A DNA stretch of 64,000 nt from Verrucomicrobiota bacterium (GTDB lineage Bacteria; Verrucomicrobiota; Verrucomicrobiia; CAIQCK01). The DNA lies in assembly GCA_026397915.1 (NCBI GenBank), contig JAPLTX010000061.1, forward strand, positions 94,731 to 158,730. Direction: 5' to 3'. Shown one piece after another: positions 29,231-36,771 of this stretch. A model generated the notes under the pieces. That model was given only the letters and a program-made list of their open reading frames with translations, was not told where the DNA came from and did no database searches. The translations under genes were made by a program, and so were the position numbers. Position 1 is the stretch's first letter; the number at the start of each line of letters is the position of its first letter.

Positions 29231-29232
29231 GG

Positions 29233-29730
29233 CTACTTCGGACGGCGGCCGGAGATGCTCTCCCACTTCGCCTTCATCGCCTGCCCGATCTTCGTGTGGG
29301 CGAACTTTGCGATGACCTTGCCCACGAAGGGGAAGAACGGGCGCGCGGACAGGTTCCGCGGCGGATAGCCGAACTGGTGCGCGCGCGCGTAGGGCCGGTC
29401 GCTGGCCGCGATGGCGCGGTCGTTCGTTACCGACAGCACGCGGAGGCTGCGCAATAGCGACGTGGTCTTGATGAGCAGCGGCTTGCCATTGACTTTTCCG
29501 GCGGCGTTGCGACGACGGGCGTCGGGGCCGTAGGTGGTCTTGGGGTCGTCGCTCTTGCGGGCGGCCCACGGCGCGGCGCGCAGCGACGGGTCGCGGAACG
29601 AGCGGCGGGCGATGTTGACCAGTTCCTGAGCGCCGGCCCGAAGCACGGGCGCGGCCCGACGCGCCGCCTCGATCTTCCGGCGGAGATCGGGCGTGATGAG
29701 GTCTTGGACAAGACGGACGGTTGGTTTCAT
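29233..29730 (-). CDS. phage virion morphogenesis protein, Mu G-like
   Basis: 165 aa; ...TSLLRSLRVLSV...ARPFF motif of virion morphogenesis family; follows F-like gene. Confidence 0.5.
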   Translation of the reverse strand: MKPTVRLVQDLITPDLRRKIEAARRAAPVLRAGAQELVNIARRSFRDPSLRAAPWAARKSDDPKTTYGPDARRRNAAGKVNGKPLLIKTTSLLRSLRVLSVTNDRAIAASDRPYARAHQFGYPPRNLSARPFFPFVGKVIAKFAHTKIGQAMKAKWESISGRRPK

Positions 29731-29735
29731 TTGAG

Positions 29736-30674
29736 TCAGGCCGCGAGCTTCATACCGTTGAGCCAGTCGAGCAGCGTCACGCCCGGCTCAAGCTCCGTTG
29801 CCTTTGCCATCGTCTCGAACTGCGCGTAGGTGGCCGCGTCGTATTTGGCGCGCAACCCCTCGATGGGCACGGCCAGGCCGTTGGAATTGAGCGGCGTGCT
29901 TCGGAACCGCGCGCCCTTGTTGAGGTCGAACGTCCCCGTGCCGCCGCCCGCGCCGCCAGGGGTGTCGCTCCACTCGATCTTCTTGCCGATGTTCTTGTCG
30001 GCCATGCGCGCGGCCGTCTCCGGGCCGATGGCGATCTGCCCCGCCTCGGCTTGTTGCAGCGCCGCGCCTTCGAGCACGCGCCGGTCGTCGGGATGTTTGT
30101 CCGCGTCCGCGTCGCGGATGGCTTGAGTATCTTCTTTCGTCAGTGCTTCCTTCCAGCAACGGCAGCCCCACTCCTTAAACCGGTCCCAGAACGGCGAGTT
30201 GGCCGGCAACACTTTACCATCAAGCGCCTCGTGCGACGCGCGCACGTTCTCGTCGCCGACCGTGTGCCACTGCCAGTCGGGCATCACGTCGCGCTGCTCG
30301 TCGAGCGCCAGTGTCTGCGTGGCGTCGTAGACGTCATAGGCGTTGGTGCGCAGGACCAGTTCCGCGCGCGCGTTGGACGCCGCCAGTTGTCCGGCCCGCG
30401 TCTCGGCGTCGGCGGACGGGTCCACCATGTGCGGCGAAAACTCGTCGGCGATCCGCCCCTTGATGTCGTTCCAGTCTCCGCCCGCGGGAAGCTCCGCCGC
30501 CAGTTCTCGCACGCGGGCGATGGCGTCGGCGTGCTCCAGCGTGGCCGCCGTGAAGAGCCGCGCCCGCACCTCCGGCAGCATCGCGTCAAACACCTTGCGC
30601 GTCACCGCCGGCTTGCCGGCGAGGAACTTGACGGCCTCTTTGTTTGGAACGGATTTGAGAAGGAATGAGGGCAT
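29736..30674 (-). CDS. phage head morphogenesis protein, Mu F / SPP1 gp7 family
   Basis: 312 aa; NVRASHEALDGKVLP...WGCRCW matches Phage_Mu_F H..L.G and CRC signature. Confidence 0.6.
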   Translation of the reverse strand: MPSFLLKSVPNKEAVKFLAGKPAVTRKVFDAMLPEVRARLFTAATLEHADAIARVRELAAELPAGGDWNDIKGRIADEFSPHMVDPSADAETRAGQLAASNARAELVLRTNAYDVYDATQTLALDEQRDVMPDWQWHTVGDENVRASHEALDGKVLPANSPFWDRFKEWGCRCWKEALTKEDTQAIRDADADKHPDDRRVLEGAALQQAEAGQIAIGPETAARMADKNIGKKIEWSDTPGGAGGGTGTFDLNKGARFRSTPLNSNGLAVPIEGLRAKYDAATYAQFETMAKATELEPGVTLLDWLNGMKLAA

Positions 30675-30702
30675 GGGAAAATGGAGTGTTGGAGTGGTGG
30701 AG

Positions 30703-31149
30703 TTATGGAGTGGCGGCGTCGGCCTGATCCAGCTTGCTGGTCTTGATGCGAAAGTTCAGTTCCCTCGCGACCGCCACGGCGCGGACGATGTAGTCGGGCA
30801 CGTTGGCCGCGTGCAGCGCGCCGAGCATCGTCGCCAGTTCGTTCTCCACGTGCGGCAGGTTGGAACACGCCTCTTCGCGCTTCATGCCGTCGCCAGCGAG
30901 GTAGCGGAGCAGATACTTTTGCAGCGCGTGCTCGTAGATGTCCAAGTCCGCGTGCCGAGCCAGCGGCAGCGCGCCAACCGGGGACGGCGCTTTCATCACA
31001 TCCGTGTGCGGCGGCCTCACGGGCGGCCCTTCCGGCCCGTCGGTGATGGCTTGCAGCGCGGCGGACATTTTATTTCTAAAACCTTCACCCCGACACAGCT
31101 GACAGTTGGCGTCGTTGCAGTATGTTTGATGATCGGAAATCAGTCTCAC
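30703..31149 (-). CDS. hypothetical Cys-containing phage protein (GTG start overlapping rSAM stop)
   Basis: 148 aa; CNDANCQLC motif; GTGA overlap with upstream stop. Confidence 0.3.
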   Translation of the reverse strand: MRLISDHQTYCNDANCQLCRGEGFRNKMSAALQAITDGPEGPPVRPPHTDVMKAPSPVGALPLARHADLDIYEHALQKYLLRYLAGDGMKREEACSNLPHVENELATMLGALHAANVPDYIVRAVAVARELNFRIKTSKLDQADAATP

Positions 31150-31877
31150 GGCTCCACCTCGTTCTTGATCAGCCGGCCAAGGTTCTTCTTCTGGCGGATT
31201 TCAATGCCCGCGCATTGTAACAACCGAATCAGTCGGAGAACGTCATGCTCGTCTGGTTCCACGAGGCCGTGTCCCTTGGAGTCTGCACCAATGTTGACGA
31301 ATGTCGGACGGGCGGCCTCAATCCAGTCAGCCAACTCCACCGGGTTGAAGTCGAGGACCGGCTCTATAGTGATGAACGTCGGCATCGTCGGCCAGTAGGA
31401 CCGAATCCGCTTAAAGTGCGAGATGCGGTTGCGCGGGGCTGGTGCGTCGCCCATGACTTGATGCCACCGATTACTTTCAATCGTGACGCCTACAATGAAG
31501 TTTCCGGGACGGAAGAATCGGTTGTCCGCGAACACGTCGAACAATCGCTCAGGATTCTTCGTCTGAAAAACGAACCTGTTTTCCTTCCACTCGAAGCAGT
31601 GCTGGAGGATAAGGCGAATCCAAGACTCGGGAACGTCGGCAGCAAACAGGTCGCTGCAATGCTCGATGAAGATCGTCTTGCCGGTGCCGTAGTTGACCGC
31701 CAGTTCCTTTTTCTCCAACCGCAGCGGGCCTTTATAGTGACCCGTGCGGTAGCCGGGGCCAGACTTCACGTAGCAGTAGCCGCAACGGTGCGGGCATTCT
31801 CCGCGCAGGTGCGTGTGGGTGTGCGTCACCCAGCCTTGATACATGTTGGAACCGTCTTGGACCTTGGTTAGTGGCAT
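31146..31877 (-). CDS. radical SAM-like enzyme (CxxxCxYC; phage Gp37/Gp68 DUF5131-like)
   Basis: GECPHRCGYCYV cluster-binding motif with aromatic residue before third Cys; 243 aa. Confidence 0.6.
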   Translation of the reverse strand: MPLTKVQDGSNMYQGWVTHTHTHLRGECPHRCGYCYVKSGPGYRTGHYKGPLRLEKKELAVNYGTGKTIFIEHCSDLFAADVPESWIRLILQHCFEWKENRFVFQTKNPERLFDVFADNRFFRPGNFIVGVTIESNRWHQVMGDAPAPRNRISHFKRIRSYWPTMPTFITIEPVLDFNPVELADWIEAARPTFVNIGADSKGHGLVEPDEHDVLRLIRLLQCAGIEIRQKKNLGRLIKNEVEP

Positions 31878-31986
31878 GGTGGGGCCTCCGAAGGTAGGGA
31901 CGGACCGCCGGGCCGTCCGTTGTTTCCAGTCATCGGCGCGCCCAGCGGTCGCGCCCTACCCAGCAGAATGAAAAGAGGCTTGGTGT

Positions 31987-32178
31987 TCATCGCGCGGCCT
32001 CCTGTGTTTTGAACGCCGCCAGTATTTTCCTGAGTGCGGTCTTCTCGGCGTAGAAAACCGTTGACCGCGACAATCCCATCATCCGCGCAACCGTCCTGTG
32101 GCTGCGAATTGGTCCGAGGGCATTCGCCAGGTCTCGCGTTGCTGTTGCGGATGCTCCCCATTTTGTGGTCCTGTTCAT
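31987..32178 (-). CDS. small HTH DNA-binding protein
   Basis: 63 aa; TVARMMGLSRSTVFYAEKTALRKI helix-turn-helix; ATGA overlap with 3D-domain gene stop. Confidence 0.35.
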   Translation of the reverse strand: MNRTTKWGASATATRDLANALGPIRSHRTVARMMGLSRSTVFYAEKTALRKILAAFKTQEAAR

Positions 32179-32677
32179 CGCGCCAGTTCCAGTCCCCCAT
32201 CCGCTCTGCGGTAGGTTCCCGCCGCGAGGCGCTGGCCGGCGGCGATGATCTCGGCCATGCGGCGCTCGAACCGCTCGTCGTCGAGCTTCCGCTGCCACTC
32301 GCGGCGCGTGAGGATCGTCACCGGCATCCATCGCCAGCCGAATCGCTTTGCCTCTTCGTGTGTCGCGAAGAGCAGGTCGAGGCGGTTTGCGCCTTTGATG
32401 TCTCGGCCGGTGTCGTCGGCGCGGTTCCAACGGCCGTTGACGTGGACCATCGAGCCGAGCGGGATGCGGCGAGGGTCCACGGCCACGATCTGGCCGACCG
32501 CCTGCCGCCCCGTGGCCGTGAGGCCGCAGGCATTCGGCCCGCAGCAGATTCGGCACGGGCAATAGGCGGTGACGCGGACCCAGCGGGTCGAGGCGGCGAG
32601 GGCGGGAGATGGGAGATGGCAGATGGCAGATAGGAGGAGCAGGGCAGTCCCCAACTTCCAGCTTCCAACTCCCATCT
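32175..32677 (-). CDS. secreted 3D-domain (MltA/RlpA-like) cell-wall hydrolase, candidate endolysin
   Basis: 167 aa from MGVGSWKL...ALA/AS signal peptide; VRVTAYCPCRICCGPNACGLTATG...GSMVHVNGRWNRADDTG 3D domain. Confidence 0.55.
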
Positions 32678-32692
32678 GCTTCGTTCTCCTCC

Positions 32693-33154
32693 TCACAGCG
32701 CCTCCTGGTAGATTTCCAGATTGGTTTTCCTGACCGTGTGGCTGCCGATCTGCACGTCCACCTTGGTCTGCCAGAACTCCATGTCCTTGCAGCGGTCGCG
32801 GTGGTCGAAATAGCTCTGGAGGCTGAAGTCGTAGTTGCGCGGGCCGACTTGCGAGCCGTCCACAAAGCCGGCGCGGATCAGCCGCACCAGCGTCTTGTAG
32901 TTCACACCCAGGCCGAGTTGCGCGGGGAGCTTGACGGTGAGCCGGAGGTTGCGCGAGTGGATGCGCACGACGGGCCGGTAGGTGCCGTCGCCCGCCGGCT
33001 GCAAATCGTGCAGGCCGACGCGCGGCGCCTGGCCGGCCGGGCACTCGACAACGAACTGCCCCGGCGCGACCTCGACCGTCAACGGCGCGGGGCCGTTCAG
33101 GACGGACACAAGCGAGTGCGGAGTGCGGAGTGCGGATTGCGGAAGAGGTTTCAT
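32693..33154 (-). CDS. hypothetical phage protein
   Basis: 153 aa ORF with ATG start. Confidence 0.3.
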   Translation of the reverse strand: MKPLPQSALRTPHSLVSVLNGPAPLTVEVAPGQFVVECPAGQAPRVGLHDLQPAGDGTYRPVVRIHSRNLRLTVKLPAQLGLGVNYKTLVRLIRAGFVDGSQVGPRNYDFSLQSYFDHRDRCKDMEFWQTKVDVQIGSHTVRKTNLEIYQEAL

Positions 33155-33159
33155 GGCAG

Positions 33160-33567
33160 TCAGAGGTTCAACAGCTTTTGTTCGCGGAGGGCGTTGGCCT
33201 TCGCGGCGGCGAAGAGTCCGCGCGCCTCGAAGTCGGAGCAGGCGCGATAGACGCCGCCGGCGGAAGCGGCGGGAGTTGGGAGATGGGAGTTGGGAGTTAG
33301 GGCCGGAGATTCCACCCTCCCATCTGCCAACTCCGATCTGCCATCTGCTTTACCCACGAGCACCACGAAGCCGAGTTGGTAGAGTTCCGTGACGCGGGGG
33401 CGCATGTCCACGAGAAACAGCGGGTTGTTGGGCCGCATCTTCACCGCCAGTTCCTTCGTCGTGCAAGGGCCGTGGACTTTGAGCGCCTCCAGAACTTCGA
33501 GGCGCAGGTCCACAAGGTATTTGGCCTTGAGGCTGGCGAAGGTTTCGTTCCTAAAATCAACGGGCTT
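33160..33567 (-). CDS. hypothetical phage DNA-binding protein (winged-helix-like N-domain); C-terminus reads through a tandem repeat
   Basis: MKPVDFRNETFASLKAKYLVDLRLEVLEALKVHGPCTTKELAV. Confidence 0.3.
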   Translation of the reverse strand, partial: KPVDFRNETFASLKAKYLVDLRLEVLEALKVHGPCTTKELAVKMRPNNPLFLVDMRPRVTELYQLGFVVLVGKADGRSELADGRVESPALTPNSHLPTPAASAGGVYRACSDFEARGLFAAAKANALREQKLLNL

Positions 33568-33771
33568 CATAATTAAGCGCAAGCCTCAGTTGCACCCCCC
33601 CCCATTTTGGATTTGGCGCTTGTGCGCGGCGCAGACTTGAACGCGATAAGCTTCGCCGCTGCTCGTGTCGGTAAACGTGCCGTTGGCGATGTGATGACAG
33701 CCTGGCCACTTGCAGTAGAACGGCGCGCGGCCCCGCGTGGTCTTGGTGCTGAAGAGTGTTTTCATGGCAGT

Positions 33772-34344
33772 TCAGAACGGGATGTCGGCGGTTAGGGCTG
33801 CCGGCTGAGGGCTGAAAGCTGAAGGCTGAGAGCTGACAGCTTTGCGCCGATTCCTCACCGTGTAAACGAGACACCAGACCTGACGCTCGGTTGCCTCGGC
33901 CAGGCTGCACTTGAACTGCCTGCGGCAGATGGCGGCGGCGTAGCTCTCGTGCAGGCCGCGCTCGCGGAGGGACTCGCGCAGCTTGAACATCGCCAGCCGG
34001 ATCGGCTCGGTCGCCACGCGTTCCTCCGCGCGCCGCGCCGCCGCGGCGTTGCCTTTGAGCATAAGGAACCGGCCCTCGATGAGTTTGTATTCGCGCTGTG
34101 TCGCGCCACGCAAAGACGTGTAGCCGCACGCAAACATTTGCTGGGTGTGCCGCCAGTCGTCCAACTCGCCCTGGCTGGCGGCGGGCCGGCCATAGACCTC
34201 CTCGAACGCCTCGCGCGCTAGGATGCAGAGGTGCGCCTTCTGGCCGTTCTCGAGAGGCGCGCTGGGCGACGGCACGGGCCGTCCGCTGCCGTGGCGAAAC
34301 ACGGCGCGGAAGTCGTCGCTCATGATGTCGGCGGGGATGATCAT
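33772..34344 (-). CDS. GemA-like (Mu gp16 family) regulatory protein, tentative
   Basis: 190 aa; KAHLCILAREA...DDWRHTQQMFACGYTSLRGATQREYKLIEG pattern resembles Mu GemA family. Confidence 0.3.
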   Translation of the reverse strand: MIIPADIMSDDFRAVFRHGSGRPVPSPSAPLENGQKAHLCILAREAFEEVYGRPAASQGELDDWRHTQQMFACGYTSLRGATQREYKLIEGRFLMLKGNAAAARRAEERVATEPIRLAMFKLRESLRERGLHESYAAAICRRQFKCSLAEATERQVWCLVYTVRNRRKAVSSQPSAFSPQPAALTADIPF

Positions 34345-34375
34345 ATTGAAGCTCCCAGCTTTCAGCTCTCAGCTT

Positions 34376-34630
34376 TCAGTTCTCATTTGCGGGAGTGATG
34401 GAGTGTTGGAGCGATGCTTGTTCCAACGCGCGCGCAATTCTATCCACCGCGTCGGTTACAAGGTCGTGATATGAAGCCTGCCTTCCCGCCAAGGGAACAA
34501 CGCAAGTCTTTGAGACCCCGCCTCCGGCGTTGGTGATGGCCACGTAGATTACAACTCCGTTTTCTTCTAACGCCGTCTTCGCCAGCTCCTGGCCAAGGTT
34601 GAAGCAAGTGTTTATATACACAGCCTTCAT
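34376..34630 (-). CDS. small hypothetical phage protein
   Basis: 84 aa from MKAVYINTCFNLGQ; ATGA coupling to upstream gene. Confidence 0.25.
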   Translation of the reverse strand: MKAVYINTCFNLGQELAKTALEENGVVIYVAITNAGGGVSKTCVVPLAGRQASYHDLVTDAVDRIARALEQASLQHSITPANEN

Positions 34631-34995
34631 GATTCCTCCTCGCACTGCTGGCAGATGCAGTTGTTCCCGCCGGGGTTGCAGCAGGCGGTGGAGCCTGGCA
34701 GGTTGCAGCGCGGGCATTCATAGACCGCGTGGATCGCGGGGTCGAATGTCATGCCGCACTTCGGGCACTTGGCGTCCGCTGATTGCTCGGCGATGATCTG
34801 GCCGAGCGTCTTCCACGGATAGCCCTGCAACACCGGCACGAGCCGGATGTCAACGCTGCGCTCCGTCAGAAACTTCGCGGCCTCCGCGAGCGTGTCGCAC
34901 TGGTGGACCACGCGCCACGATCCGCTCCCTTGTTTGATCTGCCAGCGGTCCTGCCCGACGCGTTTGCCGATGCGATATTCTTCCTTCACGCTGCC
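34627..34995 (-). CDS. zinc-ribbon phage protein (CPKC...CPRC)
   Basis: GTG start overlapping Gam-like stop; C-terminal double CxxC. Confidence 0.3.
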   Translation of the reverse strand, partial: GSVKEEYRIGKRVGQDRWQIKQGSGSWRVVHQCDTLAEAAKFLTERSVDIRLVPVLQGYPWKTLGQIIAEQSADAKCPKCGMTFDPAIHAVYECPRCNLPGSTACCNPGGNNCICQQCEEES

Positions 34996-35513
34996 TCCTG
35001 TGCCGGCGTCTCGGCGGCGGTTTCGGGCTTGGGGCGGATGAAGAACTGTTCGTCCTGGCAGAACTGGATGCCGAGGGCGGTCTGCTTTTCCGGCGTGAGC
35101 GTCTCGCGGTCGGCCAGCAGCGCGTCCTTGTCCAGACTGAGCTTGGCGCGGACATAGACTTTGCTCCACGAGGCTTTGACGGCGCGCTTGATGACGTCGG
35201 CCCACTTGATCTTCTTGTTGGCCGTCTCCACGCGGTGCGGCGTCATCTCGAAGCCGAACACGGCGAGGCTGGTCTCGCGGCTCTTCTTGTCGGTGAACAG
35301 CCCGCCACGGTTGGCCGCGCAGAAGGCGAGGATGGTTTCCTCGTCGAGCGTGATCTCGGCTTCCTTCTTTGTGATGCCGGCTTGGTGCTGTTTCTCAACG
35401 GCGGCGACCTCGGTGTCCTTGGCGGCTTTGAGCGTCGTCAGTTCGATGCGTTTGCGCACGACGGCGGCAACAGCCGTGTCGAGCGATTCGGGTGATGTGA
35501 TTTTTAGATTCAT
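34986..35513 (-). CDS. gam: host-nuclease inhibitor protein Gam-like (Mu Gam family)
   Basis: 175 aa; N-terminal coiled coil then ...FCAANRGGLFTDKKSRETSLAVFGFEMTPHRV... as I recall the Mu Gam core (WCEANRDELT...VSWRVRPPSV; motif recalled from memory, not checked against a Mu Gam sequence). Confidence 0.5.
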   Translation of the reverse strand: MNLKITSPESLDTAVAAVVRKRIELTTLKAAKDTEVAAVEKQHQAGITKKEAEITLDEETILAFCAANRGGLFTDKKSRETSLAVFGFEMTPHRVETANKKIKWADVIKRAVKASWSKVYVRAKLSLDKDALLADRETLTPEKQTALGIQFCQDEQFFIRPKPETAAETPAQEAA

Positions 35514-35529
35514 AGTTGGCAGTTTCCTT

Positions 35530-35928
35530 TCAGGTTTGGGAGTTGGGAGTTGGCAGATGGGAGTTGGATGGGGCCGGGGCGGTTGTTTGCAGTTGGGAGA
35601 TTTCGCTCGCGTAGCGCGTCTGGTAGCGGTGCAACATGCCGAACGCCCCGGCGAGACGTTGGCGGGCTTGCTCCAGTTGCAGCAGCTCGTCTTCTTCCAG
35701 GAGCGTGCCGACGGCGTCGGACTCGTAGAGGCGCTCCTCGATGAGGAGAGCAGCGGCCACCATTTTCGCGGCGGCGGCCGTGGCGCGGTCCTGCGGCAGC
35801 GGGGAGCGGGGGGCGGGCGGAACGGGCGGGCAGGAGAAGTTCCAAAGCCGGATGAACAGCTTTGCCATCAGCACTCCACCAGCCACCGCGCACACGGCCA
35901 ACAAGATAGATGCAATCCAAGGGTTCAT
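35530..35928 (-). CDS. hypothetical phage membrane protein
   Basis: 132 aa; N-terminal TM; start within repeated RBS-start cassette. Confidence 0.25.
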   Translation of the reverse strand: MNPWIASILLAVCAVAGGVLMAKLFIRLWNFSCPPVPPAPRSPLPQDRATAAAAKMVAAALLIEERLYESDAVGTLLEEDELLQLEQARQRLAGAFGMLHRYQTRYASEISQLQTTAPAPSNSHLPTPNSQT

Positions 35929-36125
35929 CGTGTTGCCTCCGATTTGGAACGGATGTTTACGGCCGTCATCAGACAGAATTCCACCCGGATAGCGGCCTCC
36001 TCGAAGTCCTTGAGGAACTTCCGGCCTTCAGTGTCGAGTTTGTTGTTCTTGATCTCGCGCAGCACTGCGGTGAGTTGGTCGTAGGCGAGACGGAGCCTGA
36101 ATGCCTGAACGTCGTTGATCTTCAT
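35925..36125 (-). CDS. small hypothetical early protein ending ...SEATR
   Basis: start MKINDVQAF in RBS-start cassette; ATGA overlap. Confidence 0.25.
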   Translation of the reverse strand: MKINDVQAFRLRLAYDQLTAVLREIKNNKLDTEGRKFLKDFEEAAIRVEFCLMTAVNIRSKSEATR

Positions 36126-36355
36126 CGTGTTGCCTCCGATGTCTGTGACGGAACTGGCAAGGGGCAATAATCCACAAATGTGATCTCCCCGGTTATGAAG
36201 CCGCTTGAAATCTTGAAGTCGGCTGATCTAAAGCCGCACGTGCAGCCGTGGAATTTTCGTTCGAGCCTCCGAGCCTCTTTCTGACTTCCCATGCCGCACA
36301 CAGCCACGGTGAACGCGGACAGTTCCATCTCTTCGCCAAGAATAATGGCTTTCAT
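36122..36355 (-). CDS. small hypothetical early protein ending ...SEATR
   Basis: 77 aa; cassette start/stop overlap. Confidence 0.25.
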   Translation of the reverse strand: MKAIILGEEMELSAFTVAVCGMGSQKEARRLERKFHGCTCGFRSADFKISSGFITGEITFVDYCPLPVPSQTSEATR

Positions 36356-36552
36356 CGTGTTGCCTCCGGTTGAGATTCCGTGTAGAGCCTGGTGATCTGT
36401 TTCTTAACCGTTCTGAACCCATTATCCGCGATCTTCAGCGCCAGCGTTTCCGCATTTGGGATGCCGAGCGGAGGCAGCCAAACATCAAGCTCCAGCGGGT
36501 TGAGCTTCCCACCGCGGAACAACTCGATATATAGATGCACTTCAGTTTTCAT
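36352..36552 (-). CDS. small hypothetical early protein ending ...PEATR
   Basis: 66 aa; cassette start/stop overlap. Confidence 0.25.
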   Translation of the reverse strand: MKTEVHLYIELFRGGKLNPLELDVWLPPLGIPNAETLALKIADNGFRTVKKQITRLYTESQPEATR

Positions 36553-36771
36553 CTACGCAGCCTCCTGTGTTTTGAGAAAGCGAGCGCCGTCCTGTCGAAG
36601 ATTCGAGTGCGAACGAAACCCGCAACTCGCCGTGTCCCACATCGCTGACACGAATCGGAGTCCACGCTTGAAGAACCGGCGCTGTCTGGCGTTGCCGCGA
36701 ATGTGGCACCCGTCCGAATGTCCAACGTCGTTGAATGGCAATGAAGTGTTTGCGGTGATGGTCTGTCTCAT
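36553..36771 (-). CDS. small hypothetical early protein
   Basis: 72 aa; ATG overlaps MuB-like stop (ATGA). Confidence 0.25.
   Translation of the reverse strand: MRQTITANTSLPFNDVGHSDGCHIRGNARQRRFFKRGLRFVSAMWDTASCGFRSHSNLRQDGARFLKTQEAA

Noticed and set aside
31868-31989. ORF MNTKPLFILLGRARPLGAP... (and similar MNTKP start at 42025)
   Set aside because: Peptide is largely the translation of the GC palindrome GGCGCGCCCAGCGGTCGCGCC that recurs three times; likely a noncoding hairpin region rather than a gene (the 42025 ORF kept only at very low confidence).
31987-33044. Long N-terminal extensions of ORFs 31987..32865 and 32175..33044, and the N-terminal ~90 aa of transposase ORF 37889..40132
   Set aside because: GC-rich read-through upstream of the plausible ATG starts, overlapping neighbouring genes and repeat arrays; shorter gene models adopted.
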